Positions 53,038 to 63,261 of a DNA stretch of 64,000 nucleotides are shown piece after piece. The stretch's first letter is position 1. Each line of letters opens with the position of its first letter. The notes beneath the pieces were generated by a model. The model was not told the DNA's origin. It did no database searches and saw only the letters and a list, made by a program, of their open reading frames with translations. A program made the translations under genes and the position numbers. Source of the stretch: Oceanispirochaeta sp. (GTDB lineage Bacteria; Spirochaetota; Spirochaetia; DSM-2461); NCBI GenBank assembly GCA_963666275.2, contig CAXXOA010000001.1, positions 960,001-1,024,000 of the forward strand. Reading direction: 5' to 3'.

Positions 53038-53393
53038 GTTTGTCTCCTTCTGGTCGATGCTGTTTTCAATACGCTTTATCAGTTTGAAAACAGTAGCTGA
53101 AACTGCCGGGAACAGTCCGGGCTGTTTCTTCACGACCTTGTATATGAGCAGTAAAAAAGTTTCTTCTATACAGGTACATCTGCTCTATAAAAGCAAACAT
53201 AATCGATATGCAGATTATAATCAACAAAAAATCCTTGACAGATTAAAAAATCTCCCCATAGTATACATGCGTATAGATGTACTGTCTGCCTTCAAAACCT
53301 TTACAAATGTAAACTCATTGTGATCTCAAGGCGGAAGCAGGATTCCCCGGGGAAATAATCCCTCCAGGGAATCCCTTCTGTCTTTAATAAGCC

Positions 53394-54248
53394 CTAGGCC
53401 AGGAGTTTTTTCAGAGTCTCTTCCAGAGACGCCGGTTTTCTTCCCAGTAGTTTCTCCAGGTCACTGCTTTCTATGTCCAGAGATCCTTCGGCAATGGACT
53501 GATCCAGAGCTGCATAAAATCCAGCTGTTCCCTCATCCATTCCCGCGGCTTCCAGAGCGGCCTGTCTCTCCTCCAGGGAGATCAGCTTATGGGTTATCTT
53601 TTTACCGAACACCTTTGAGGCCGCTTCCGCCAGATCATTGAAATCCCAGACCTGTCCGGAGAGTTCATAGATTTTACCGCTGTGTCCCTCTCCAGTGAGG
53701 ACGGCCGCGGCGGCTTCGGCGTATTCCTCTCTGCCTGCAGAGGCGACGCGGCCTTTGCCTGTGGCAGTGGCAATCACACCGGACTGACCGGCATACTGTA
53801 CATCTCCCAGATAATTTTCGGTATACCAGTTATCCCGCAGAATCACATAGTCTATACCGGCGGATGTCAGATACTCTTCGGTCTGTTTATGTTCGGGAGC
53901 CAGAATATTGGTGGAACTGTCGGCCCTTGTAATGCTTGTATAGAGGATCTGTTTCACCCCGGCGGCTTTGGCCGCATCAATCACATTTTTATGCTGGGTG
54001 AATCTCTTTCCCACTTCTGAGCCCGAGACAAGCAGCACTTTCGAAACCCCCTGGAAAGCTTTTTCCAGGGAGGATTTATCGTCATAGTCGGCGATCTTCA
54101 CATCGATTCCCTTCTTTTTAAGGGGCGCCGCTTTCTCCTCATTTCTGGCAATGGCTACGATGGAAGAGGCGGGGATATCCCACTTCTGAAGGACTGAGAT
54201 AGCAGCGGAACCAAAGCCGCCTGTAGATCCTGTTATGGCATATTTCAT
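53394..54248 (-). CDS. qorB: NAD(P)H:quinone oxidoreductase, NmrA-like (YtfG/QorB type)
   Basis: ITGSTGGFG, ADYDD, LLVSGSEVGKRFTQHKNVIDAAK, LAPEH..TE, W.Y.EN. Confidence 0.85.
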   Translation of the reverse strand: MKYAITGSTGGFGSAAISVLQKWDIPASSIVAIARNEEKAAPLKKKGIDVKIADYDDKSSLEKAFQGVSKVLLVSGSEVGKRFTQHKNVIDAAKAAGVKQILYTSITRADSSTNILAPEHKQTEEYLTSAGIDYVILRDNWYTENYLGDVQYAGQSGVIATATGKGRVASAGREEYAEAAAAVLTGEGHSGKIYELSGQVWDFNDLAEAASKVFGKKITHKLISLEERQAALEAAGMDEGTAGFYAALDQSIAEGSLDIESSDLEKLLGRKPASLEETLKKLLA

Positions 54249-54269
54249 ATTGTACTCCTTGCTAATAAT

Positions 54270-54303
54270 ACTTACTATAATATAGTACTAACTATAAGTA
54301 AGT
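54270..54303. promoter_or_regulatory. Probable HxlR/QorR-type operator between divergent genes
   Basis: Tandem imperfect palindromes ACTTAC-N5-TATAGT and ACTAAC-N5-GTAAGT. Confidence 0.6.
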
Positions 54304-54346
54304 GACAAGGTTTTTTTTTTGTGATATTATACAAAACAGGAAAAAT

Positions 54347-54685
54347 ATGGAAATAGAGACACTGGAATACAATGTATTTGCCGCCCGATGTCCTTCCCGG
54401 ACGGCATTTGATCAGATTTTCGGAAAGTGGGGAATGCTGATTATCGCCCGTCTGAAAGAGGGGCCTGCCCGGTTCGGAGAAATTTTCCGGGCGGTAGAGG
54501 GAATAAGCGAAAGGATGCTTTCAAAATGTCTGAAAGTCCTGGTGGACGAAGGGCTTGTCATCCGGAAGGATTTCGAAGAGAAACCTCCCCGGGTGGAATA
54601 CAGCCTCAGTGAATCGGGAGAGCATATCGGCGATGCTGTTCTGGAAGTTATCTCCCGGCTCTATGAAGCCATTGACTGCCGCTGA
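54347..54685 (+). CDS. HxlR family (YtfH/QorR-like) redox-sensing regulator
   Basis: N-terminal CP, KW..LI, RFGE, GISERML, PPRVEYSL. Confidence 0.92.
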   Translation: MEIETLEYNVFAARCPSRTAFDQIFGKWGMLIIARLKEGPARFGEIFRAVEGISERMLSKCLKVLVDEGLVIRKDFEEKPPRVEYSLSESGEHIGDAVLEVISRLYEAIDCR

Positions 54686-54701
54686 GAAGATTGACAGGAG
54701 T

Positions 54702-55060
54702 TTATTCTTTTCGGGGTGTCAGACGGTACAGTCTGTCATCCGAACACGGTTCGGCAGAGCGGGGTGAAGTATTGGTTGATATAAGATAAAACGCATTCCC
54801 CGCGGGGTAAACCTGCCGGAGCCTCTCCCCGTTGGAGAAAACCGGATGGAGTTCGCTATTCTCTTCATCCAGAGCTTAGAGACTCCTTCCCTGCAGGCCC
54901 GTGATCAGAAGGCAGCCGTGGGCATAGGCTATTCCCGAAGGGGCCCAGGTGCTGCTGCCTGACTGCAGGAGGGGGGAGATCACACCGGGACTCTCCTCCG
55001 CCCTCCGGATGTCCCTGGGATAGGTCAACCCTCAGCCAGAACCTCCATATCCCAGTCATC
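54702..55060 (-). pseudogene. Remnant of a PQQ-dependent sugar (glucose/sorbosone) dehydrogenase
   Basis: Manual translation: MEVLAEG/(frameshift)TYPRDI...PLLQSGSSTWAPSGIAY...GLQGRSL*...GERLRQV...YLISTNTSPR...DDRLYRL; internal TAA at 54876-54878. Confidence 0.75.
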
Positions 55061-55087
55061 ACTGGTACTTATAATAATCACAGGAAC

Positions 55088-56500
55088 TCAATTGTCCAGA
55101 AAAGCGATGTCTCCTGCCAGTACCATCAGGGAAAGGTAGATCTGCTGCACCGCCACACGGGCCTGTTCCACCTTCCAGAGACTCATCCGTTCGGAAATCT
55201 CCGCGGACGCCCTGTCGGTTCTCAGAGCCTGTCCCGCTTCAAACCGGGTGACCACTGCCTCTTTCAGCCGGCTCTGTCTTTTAGAGGCTTCCCTTGCCAG
55301 GTCCAGGTTTTTCCGGGCCTGTATAAAGCGCTGATAGAGGGCACGAAGTTCCAGGGACAGTTTATCAGCCTGCTCTTTCTGCAGCTCCTGCTGCCGGAGC
55401 CTTTCTGATATCAGCAGGTCTTTTTCAAGACGGTCTGATTTTCCCAGTCCCAGTGTCAGAGTCACGGAAATTCCGGATACCCAGTTATCCTGCTGTACCG
55501 ATTGCGATTCAGCCTCATTGAAAGTCCCCATCGGGAAGGCGTATCCCAGATCCAGATTCCGGTTCTCCCAGTTAAATGTCATGGTCCAGTCCTGATCATC
55601 ACGGGAGAGGAAAGGCTTTACCAGGACATTCCAGTCCGGTCTCTCCAGGCGGGTCATGGTCTCAGTCAGGGATGTAACGCTGTCCTGCTGTTTTGAGTAC
55701 TCCGGACTTGTATTCAATACGTCGTCGGTCATGCCCGCAGGTTTCTCATCCAGAGCTGTTTCAAATCTTACATCTTCCAGAAGGGGGATGGCATCTCCGC
55801 TCCGGCTTCCGGATAGGCCTCTTGCCTGTTCCAGGGTAAACCAGGTCAGTCTCTGGTCCAGAAGGTTCTGATTCAGACTGTCTTCCGCTGTATCCAGATC
55901 TTCCTGGCCGTCTTCCACCTGGGAAAGAGTGACCGCTCCGTTTTCATAGAGCTGGATCAGGCCTTCATACTTTTCCTCCGCCAGGTTTTTATCATCCACC
56001 AGAATGGGATACTCCTGCTGAAGGAGCCAGAGATTCGAATAGATCTGATACAGGTAGGATACCCGCTGGCGCCTCACATCCTGAAGGCTCAGGAGTTCCG
56101 TCTGAAGTGATCTTCGGGCTGCCCTGTACTTCTCTTCCTGCAGAAGGCTCCTTCCCAGGACAAAAGAGGCGCCTGTACTCATTGTCAGATCTGTCTGGCC
56201 ATAGCCGTCCTCCCCGCTGTACTGGGTTTTCACTCCCGGCTGAAGGGATAGCTCCGGATCTCCCGGATACCGGCTGGATTCCACCTCTTTCCGGCTTGTT
56301 TCATAGGCCTCCCGGGCTGCTCCCAGGGCTGTACTCTGATCCAGATCTGCCAGAACCCGGGAGAAGCTGAGAGTTTCCCCCGTTGTCTGTTCCGACATTA
56401 TCTCCTGAGCTGACAGGGGCAGTATGAGAGCTGAAAGGATTATGAAAGTCATAAAGAAATTTATCTTGAATGAAATGTATTCTCTGTTGGTATTGTGCAT
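55088..56500 (-). CDS. TolC-family outer membrane efflux protein
   Basis: Signal peptide, two coiled-coil halves (YENGAVT, RFEAGQA), last gene of RND operon. Confidence 0.8.
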   Translation of the reverse strand: MHNTNREYISFKINFFMTFIILSALILPLSAQEIMSEQTTGETLSFSRVLADLDQSTALGAAREAYETSRKEVESSRYPGDPELSLQPGVKTQYSGEDGYGQTDLTMSTGASFVLGRSLLQEEKYRAARRSLQTELLSLQDVRRQRVSYLYQIYSNLWLLQQEYPILVDDKNLAEEKYEGLIQLYENGAVTLSQVEDGQEDLDTAEDSLNQNLLDQRLTWFTLEQARGLSGSRSGDAIPLLEDVRFETALDEKPAGMTDDVLNTSPEYSKQQDSVTSLTETMTRLERPDWNVLVKPFLSRDDQDWTMTFNWENRNLDLGYAFPMGTFNEAESQSVQQDNWVSGISVTLTLGLGKSDRLEKDLLISERLRQQELQKEQADKLSLELRALYQRFIQARKNLDLAREASKRQSRLKEAVVTRFEAGQALRTDRASAEISERMSLWKVEQARVAVQQIYLSLMVLAGDIAFLDN

Positions 56501-56509
56501 GGCTTATTC

Positions 56510-57865
56510 CTATAGTTCCGCAGTTTCCAGGCTGTAATCCGTGGATTCCGCAATGGTAACAGGAGAGCCAGGTTTCAGGTAGCTCTGTCCTTCGATCACA
56601 AGGATGTCCCCTTCCTTCAGATCCCCCTCCACTTGTATGAGTCCCTGCCTTCCCGAGCCCAGATCAACAGGAATACGTTTGCTTATATTTTCCTCCACAA
56701 GGAAGATATAGTGATCCGGCCCATCGGAAATAACAGCTTTCTGAGGGACTACGAACCGTGGCTGCAGCTGTGTCAGTACAATCTGCACTTCCATGAGCAT
56801 TCCCGGCAGAAGTCTCTGGTTCTGATTGGTCAGTCTGGCCCGTACCTGATAGGTTCTATTGCTTTCCGGAAGCACATTGTGGCCGACCACAACTCCCTCC
56901 ATGCCGTAACGGGAAGCGGTGGGCGGTTTGGCTTTGACAGGAGCGTCTCTTTTTATTCTGGAAATAATATTTTCAGGGACTTCCACTGTCAGAAGAACCT
57001 CTTCCAGATTGACGATTTCTACAGAATCGGCTGTATTCACAGTATCCCCTTCGGCAAAACTCAAGCGGGACACATAACCTCTTCCGGGACTTGTTCCCAG
57101 GCGGCCCGCATAATTCTCCTGCAGATCCTCCAGTTCGGTCGAACGGGAGAGACGGATTTTATCCAGATTCAGCTGGGCTTCCGTCAGGGCCTGATCCGCT
57201 TTTTCCAGATCCTGCCTTGTCACAAGATCCCTGGCATAAAAGGTCCGGGTCCGCTCCACCTCTTTCACCGCTTCATCCAGACGCAGCTGAGCCAGGGTCA
57301 GTTCAGTCTCCCATTTCTCTTCCGACCGTTCCAGGTCTCTCACCCAGTCACTGCTGTCCAGAGAGAAGAGCAGGTCGCCGGGTTCCACGAAATCTCCTAC
57401 CGAAACAAACACCTTGCGGGCGGTTCCCGGGGCGGCGGGGGAGACTTTCATAATGGTGCCAGCTTCCACTTCTCCCAGGCCGTAGTAGAGTATCTCCATA
57501 GGTCCAGTATTGAGAGGAGCAGTAATGACCGAGACCGGTTTGGACGAAACGGGCGCCTTTTGTGTCACCTCTTCCGCCTGAGTGGTATCTCCCTCTGCAA
57601 GGGATGCCAGGTATTTATCCCAGGACTCCTGTCTCTTTTCTTCTGTAAAGGTATCCCATTTCTCCTGAGTTGCCTGACTGCCGGGAGGAGGTACCGTCAG
57701 ATCGGCTTTTACCCCCTCCTGAGCGGGGTTTTCAGAGGAACTGCTCTCTGATGGAGTTTTAGCAGTGTTCTCTTCAGTACTGTTTTCATTACAGGAAAAA
57801 AGGAGAAGGGGCATCAGAGCCGCAAGGGTCAATACTATTCTTGAAAGGGTAGGGTTTTTCATCAT
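56510..57865 (-). CDS. RND membrane fusion protein (lipoprotein)
   Basis: Lipobox LFSC; VSVGDFVEPGDLLFSLD, SPGRG, LLPGM, VVPQKAV. Confidence 0.9.
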   Translation of the reverse strand: MMKNPTLSRIVLTLAALMPLLLFSCNENSTEENTAKTPSESSSSENPAQEGVKADLTVPPPGSQATQEKWDTFTEEKRQESWDKYLASLAEGDTTQAEEVTQKAPVSSKPVSVITAPLNTGPMEILYYGLGEVEAGTIMKVSPAAPGTARKVFVSVGDFVEPGDLLFSLDSSDWVRDLERSEEKWETELTLAQLRLDEAVKEVERTRTFYARDLVTRQDLEKADQALTEAQLNLDKIRLSRSTELEDLQENYAGRLGTSPGRGYVSRLSFAEGDTVNTADSVEIVNLEEVLLTVEVPENIISRIKRDAPVKAKPPTASRYGMEGVVVGHNVLPESNRTYQVRARLTNQNQRLLPGMLMEVQIVLTQLQPRFVVPQKAVISDGPDHYIFLVEENISKRIPVDLGSGRQGLIQVEGDLKEGDILVIEGQSYLKPGSPVTIAESTDYSLETAEL

Positions 57866-60800
57866 TTAAACTTCCTCCTGATAGTCTAAAAAGACGGGAA
57901 TTCTGTTCTGGATCTTTCTTTTCAGATGATCCGTGGTATAAAACGTCAAGGGCAGGATCAGCAGGGTCAGTACAGTGGAAGCCACAAGGCCGGAAATCAG
58001 AGAGATACTCAGCTGGGCAAAGTTCTGGTCTTTGAAGGCCAGGGGCAGCATTCCTCCGATGGTGGTCAGGCTTGTTGCCAGAACCGGGGCAAAACGGGAG
58101 CGTCCGGCTTCCGTCAGAGCCGGGATCAGCTGGCCGCTGCTGCTGCGGATTCTGTTGACCGTGTCCACAAGAACAATGGCATCGTTGACCACAATTCCCA
58201 CCAGGGCAATGACACCCATAAAGGCATAGAGGCCGAAGTTGTTTCCCGTCAGGATCAGTCCTGCAAAGACTCCTATAATCGACATGGGCACGGAAAGCAT
58301 GATCACAAGGGACTGGGAGAAGGAATCAAACTGAACCGCCAGGATCAGGAAAACCACAGCCAGGGCTGCCAGAAAATTGAAGAACATGCTTCCCAGTGAG
58401 TCATCCAGATCGGCCGCTTCTCCGGCCCAGCTGTAAGTGATTCCTTCAGGCAGGGCTGACCCGTCCCGGCTTCGGATATTTTCAAATTCTCCCACAATCT
58501 CCCTTATATTGGCATCCGGCAGCATCTGAGCCATAACTGTTATGGTTCTTTTGCCCCCGGTATGCCTTATGGTGCCGTATCCCTGAGTCCGGATAATCTC
58601 CGCCACATGGGTAACAGGCAGGGTCTCACCGTTTTTCAGTGTGATGAGTATCTTTCCCATATCATCGATGGAGTCTCTGAGTGAGGGATTTATATCCAGA
58701 ATGATCTCCTGTTCGCCTTCCTGAACAAGCAGAGTTCCCGCCGTCTGGGCATTCAGGTAGGTTCTGACCTGAGTTCCCAGGGTAGAGGCATCAACCCCTG
58801 CTGCGGCGGCATAGAGGGGTCTCGGGAAGATCTGCAGTTCCGGATACCCCCTTTCCCAGTCGCTTAAAACTCCCCGGACCCCATCTATCCGGGAAAGATC
58901 CGCTGAAAGGATTTCAGATGCTGTGTGCAGGGCTTCCAGATCCTCTCCCTGAACTTTGATCTGAACCGGGCTGTTGGCAGTTTTTCCCCCCGCCTGGGTT
59001 CCCACTGTAATCCTGGCTCCGGGGATGGCGGAAAGGAGTCCCATCAGTTCGGGAATCTTTTTCTGGGTTGTCCAGTTACGTTCCTCCGGAGGGAGAAGAT
59101 TCATGACCACCTGAGCGTCCCGGCTGGATGTGAGGCCCACTTCACTGTAGAGGCTGCCAATCCCGTCAATTTCAAGAAGCCTTTTTTCCACCTCCCTGGT
59201 AATCCGGTCCGTATTGTCCAGGGTGCTGTATTCGGGGGCTGTAATGACGGCATACAGGGCCGTTTCATCCTTTATGGGAAACAGCTCCATCTTGAGAAAT
59301 CCCGAAAAGAGTCCCCAGAAGACCACCGCCAGCAGAGCAAACATGATGCCCGGAAGAACCACTCTGTATACCCTGTGCCGCAGGATATTACCAAGCATCT
59401 TCTCATAGGCTCCGGCAACAGAACCAAACGCATCAAACTCTCTGTACCGGAAGATCATCCTCATAACCATGAATCCGGCCATAAACAGGGTCATCAGGAC
59501 TGAAAGGAGTCCGGGCCTGCCGTTTTCAAAAAAGGCCCAACCGAAGAGAAGGGAGATCAGGATGACCTGTCCTATCTCTCTTTTTCTGAATCCATCCTGT
59601 ACCTCTTCCTTTTCCTTCGGGATCTCCGGTTTTTTTTCTCTCAGCCAGCGGGCACTGAGAGCAGGAGTCAGGGTCAGGGCGATCAGAAGGGAGGAACCAA
59701 TAATGAAGATCACCGTTATAGGGATGACGCTGATGATCATTCCGATGCGCCCTTCCATGAGGGCCAGGGGAATAAAAGCCGCCATGGTGGTCAGTGTGGC
59801 CGCAAAGATGGACGGGGTTACTTCCCGGGCGGCATTCTTGACTGCGGCTGTTCCTGATTCACCCTGTTTACGGTGGTCCACAATGCTCTCGACTATAACA
59901 ATCCCATTGTCTACTAGGAGTCCCAGGGCTATGATCATGGCAAGAAGGGTCATGGTATTGAAGGTCATCCCCGCCAGGTCCATGGCGGCAAAACTCATAA
60001 ACATGGAAAAGGGAATGATCAGACTTGTAATGAGAGCTTCCCAGATCCCGAGAAAGAGATAGAGAATCAGAATAACAATCAGCAGTCCTGAAAAGGCATT
60101 CTCCAGAACATCCGAAAGATCCTGACGCACTGTTACCGCATCATCCTGAATGATCTGTACATCCATATCCCTGAAAATACCCGATTTCTCAAGCTCATTC
60201 AGAACCTCATAAACGGTGCTGCTGGGGCCTACAATATCAGAACCTCCGTCCCTGTAGAGAGACAGGGTTACCGAAGGGAGCATCTTGGCATTCCCGGTTC
60301 CAAGCCCAACGGCCCGTCTGGAAAGGGTACTGCCCGGGGCGGACCGGGTTTCCACGGCGGCCAGGTCCTTCAGAAAGCGGAACCCTCCGCCGGGAAGAGG
60401 GATCTGGGTACGCCGGATCTCTTCCACTGTCGAAAGGGCTCCCAGAACACGGACATAGTAGAGCATATCATCCAGTTCTATCTCTCCTGCGGGAGTATCC
60501 TTGTGGTTCAGCCTAACCGCCTGGAGGATGGCATCCGGCGACAGGCCGTATTCGGCCAGAACCGCCGGGGTGTACTCAATCAGAATCTCTTCGCTGTTCA
60601 GACCGGAAAGGCGCAGCTCGCTGACTCCCTCCACAGCCTGGAGCTGTCTTTCCAGGAGCAGGGTGGTCTCTCTCAGCTTCTCCGGTGATACATCCCCGGC
60701 AAGGCTCAGGACCAGAAAGGCCCTGTTGGCAGTGGTGGAAACCCGTATGACCGGTGCTTCCACCTCATCGGGCAGATCCCTGACAACCAGATCCAGCGCC

Positions 60801-61156
60801 GCGGCTACTGCATCCCGGTTCTCTTCCAGGTCACTCTCCGGGTAGAAATCCAGCTGTATTTCGCTCCTGCCGGCCAGAGAGGAGGAACTGATGAATTCCA
60901 GGTCCGGCAGATTTATGAGCACCGCTTCCAGAGGGTCGCTGATAAGCTGTTCCACATCCCTGGGAGACGCCCCGGGGTAGTTGGCCGAAACCTTGATGGT
61001 GGGGAAAACAATTTCCGGTTTGGACTCTCTGGGAAGTTTGCTGTAGAGACTCAGGCCTATGACTGTGATTAACACGATTCCCAGATAGATGATCCTGTAC
61101 TTATCAACACTCAATGATGAGAGTTTTCCTAATATTCCCGATTTATTTTTCATCAT
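57866..61156 (-). CDS. AcrB/AcrD/AcrF-family RND permease
   Basis: YPGASP..VE, GLLVDNGIVIVE, AATLTT, GIVVNDAIVLVD, RFAPVLATSLTT. Confidence 0.94.
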   Translation of the reverse strand: MMKNKSGILGKLSSLSVDKYRIIYLGIVLITVIGLSLYSKLPRESKPEIVFPTIKVSANYPGASPRDVEQLISDPLEAVLINLPDLEFISSSSLAGRSEIQLDFYPESDLEENRDAVAAALDLVVRDLPDEVEAPVIRVSTTANRAFLVLSLAGDVSPEKLRETTLLLERQLQAVEGVSELRLSGLNSEEILIEYTPAVLAEYGLSPDAILQAVRLNHKDTPAGEIELDDMLYYVRVLGALSTVEEIRRTQIPLPGGGFRFLKDLAAVETRSAPGSTLSRRAVGLGTGNAKMLPSVTLSLYRDGGSDIVGPSSTVYEVLNELEKSGIFRDMDVQIIQDDAVTVRQDLSDVLENAFSGLLIVILILYLFLGIWEALITSLIIPFSMFMSFAAMDLAGMTFNTMTLLAMIIALGLLVDNGIVIVESIVDHRKQGESGTAAVKNAAREVTPSIFAATLTTMAAFIPLALMEGRIGMIISVIPITVIFIIGSSLLIALTLTPALSARWLREKKPEIPKEKEEVQDGFRKREIGQVILISLLFGWAFFENGRPGLLSVLMTLFMAGFMVMRMIFRYREFDAFGSVAGAYEKMLGNILRHRVYRVVLPGIMFALLAVVFWGLFSGFLKMELFPIKDETALYAVITAPEYSTLDNTDRITREVEKRLLEIDGIGSLYSEVGLTSSRDAQVVMNLLPPEERNWTTQKKIPELMGLLSAIPGARITVGTQAGGKTANSPVQIKVQGEDLEALHTASEILSADLSRIDGVRGVLSDWERGYPELQIFPRPLYAAAAGVDASTLGTQVRTYLNAQTAGTLLVQEGEQEIILDINPSLRDSIDDMGKILITLKNGETLPVTHVAEIIRTQGYGTIRHTGGKRTITVMAQMLPDANIREIVGEFENIRSRDGSALPEGITYSWAGEAADLDDSLGSMFFNFLAALAVVFLILAVQFDSFSQSLVIMLSVPMSIIGVFAGLILTGNNFGLYAFMGVIALVGIVVNDAIVLVDTVNRIRSSSGQLIPALTEAGRSRFAPVLATSLTTIGGMLPLAFKDQNFAQLSISLISGLVASTVLTLLILPLTFYTTDHLKRKIQNRIPVFLDYQEEV

Positions 61157-61284
61157 TTTGGCTCCTTGTTTAAACTTAGGAGCTGCTAACAGGGAATGCA
61201 AATATTATATATAAAATAAATAATATATAGATGGTCAGGTTTATTTCCGTAAAAAATCGAGTTTTCAAGATTCCGGGATGGGCA

Positions 61285-63261
61285 CTAAATTATGAAGTCA
61301 TGAATCAGGGGATTTCCGTCGGAGGGATTTGAACCTTTTATGAATTCCTCTGCGGCTTCCGCCGGAACAGGCTTGCTGAAGTAAAAGCCCTGAATAAAGT
61401 CGCACTGGAGTTTCTCCAGCAGATCCCACTGCCTTGACTGTTCCACCCCTTCGGCTATAACAGGCATATTCAGGCTGTGGGCCAAACTGATTATTGTATT
61501 GACTATGGTGCTTTTCTCTTCATTCATCTGCTGAATAAAAGATTTATCGACTTTCAGGATATCAATGGGCAGTCTGTGAAGGTAACTGAGAGAGGAGAAA
61601 CCTGTTCCGAAGTCATCAATAAGAATCTGGCATCCCATCTCCCGGATAGGATCCAGGATGGTTTTTATCATTTCCGGTTTATCCAGCAGGAGGCTCTCGG
61701 TCAGTTCAAATTTCAGGCGGGAGGGATCAGTTTCATTCCGCTCAAATATAGATCGTATTTTATCAAGCAGCCCTTTGTCCTGAAACTGCCGGGAGGAAAT
61801 ATTGACGCTTACCGTGAAATCCCTCCTGTCGGGATACCGTTCATTCCAGGTGCCTATCTGCTGGCAGACTCTGTTTAAAACCCAGTAGCCAATCGGGTTT
61901 ATCAGTCCTGTCTTTTCAGCAAGGGGAATAAACTCTCCGGGAGAGATATTTCCCTTCTGCGGATGATTCCACCTCAGCAGAGCTTCAAAGCCGGCAATCT
62001 CTTTTGTACCGGTATGGACAATAGGCTGATAGTGGATGGTAAAGCCATTGCTTTCCAGGGCATGCCGCATATCCTGTTCGAGATCTCTTTCGGACTGAAT
62101 GGATTCCAGCATAAAGGGATCAAAAAAGGCGTATCTGGTTTCGGAAGGACTTTTCTTGACCCTGTACATGGCGATATCTGCATTTCTTATAATATTTTCC
62201 GGATTGGTATAGTCCTCTCTTCCCATGGCAACCCCGAAACTGGCAGTGGGATAAAAGATATTTCCTTCAATCTTTAAAGGTTCCTGTATGGCGCTGATAA
62301 CCCGGGTCAGTATTGTCAGGACTTCAGACGGATCTGCTATATCTTCCAGAAGAATGACAAATTCATCCCCTCCCAGCCGTCCGACCATATCCTGAGCCCT
62401 TATGATTTCCATTAATCGTTTACTGATCTCAATCAGAAAATGATCACCGTAGTGATGTCCATAAGTATCATTGACCCCTTTAAACCCGTCCAGATCTATG
62501 AATATGACAGCATAATTCCGATCTTTGTGACGCCGGGAATATTCAATGGCATGGCTGATTCGGTTTTTCAGCAGTTCCCGGTTGGGCAGATCTGTCAGGC
62601 TGTCATGGTAGGCCGAATAGGCGAGTTTCTGATGCATCTGATTTTTTTTCTCAAGTTCTATCTCCAGCTGCCTGTTTATCTCCAGAATTTCCTGGTTCTG
62701 CAGCTTTTCGACGCTGATGATATGGGATGTGATAATTAGAATTGTCACAGGGGAGACTATGTTGAAGAGAAGAGGGATAAAAATCAGGTGAAACGTAATT
62801 TCCTGAATCAGCAGGGGGAAGGAAACAATTATAAGCGCATTCAGGAGTGAATAGCCTATGGTATAGCTCATAGGGAGCAGGGCGCTGCTGAGGAGGATTG
62901 TCAGGATATTCCATATCAGGAGGATCAGGATGGATCCCGGACTGAGATCCTGACTGAGATGCACATTGAACATAGGGATCAGGCTCAAGGTGGAAATACA
63001 GATCACAGCTCCGATAATATGGAAACCCGTTCGAGCCAGCAGGTAGGAGATAAAAAAGAATATTTCCGCAATGAGCAGGACAATACCGACTCGGGGATTT
63101 GTGCTGTAGCGGCTCATGTATATGACACCGCTGTTCACTGCAATGGTCAGAAACAGGGTGAGCTGCTGAATGAGGATTATCTGTTTGATTTCTATGGGAT
63201 CCGAAACTTTGTAAGAGGGCTTGATGATGAGATGCATTAGTTTCTTTGTTATTTGAATCAT
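61285..63261 (-). CDS. Membrane-bound GGDEF-EAL protein
   Basis: About 6 TM segments; DSLTDLPNR, RLGGDEF, FEALLRW, DDFGTGFSSL, AEGVE; start approximate. Confidence 0.93.
   Translation of the reverse strand: MIQITKKLMHLIIKPSYKVSDPIEIKQIILIQQLTLFLTIAVNSGVIYMSRYSTNPRVGIVLLIAEIFFFISYLLARTGFHIIGAVICISTLSLIPMFNVHLSQDLSPGSILILLIWNILTILLSSALLPMSYTIGYSLLNALIIVSFPLLIQEITFHLIFIPLLFNIVSPVTILIITSHIISVEKLQNQEILEINRQLEIELEKKNQMHQKLAYSAYHDSLTDLPNRELLKNRISHAIEYSRRHKDRNYAVIFIDLDGFKGVNDTYGHHYGDHFLIEISKRLMEIIRAQDMVGRLGGDEFVILLEDIADPSEVLTILTRVISAIQEPLKIEGNIFYPTASFGVAMGREDYTNPENIIRNADIAMYRVKKSPSETRYAFFDPFMLESIQSERDLEQDMRHALESNGFTIHYQPIVHTGTKEIAGFEALLRWNHPQKGNISPGEFIPLAEKTGLINPIGYWVLNRVCQQIGTWNERYPDRRDFTVSVNISSRQFQDKGLLDKIRSIFERNETDPSRLKFELTESLLLDKPEMIKTILDPIREMGCQILIDDFGTGFSSLSYLHRLPIDILKVDKSFIQQMNEEKSTIVNTIISLAHSLNMPVIAEGVEQSRQWDLLEKLQCDFIQGFYFSKPVPAEAAEEFIKGSNPSDGNPLIHDFII

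Noticed and set aside
53325..53345. SRP RNA-like GGAAGCAG
   Set aside because: The rest of the helix-8 motif (CAGG..GNRA loop) is absent
54686..55087. RNase P or other ncRNA (GAGGAGAGTCC and GGTAAACC-like words)
   Set aside because: The words lie on opposite strands and other conserved regions are missing; better explained as a dehydrogenase pseudogene
56633..57751. 372-aa plus-strand ORF
   Set aside because: Antisense shadow of the MFP gene
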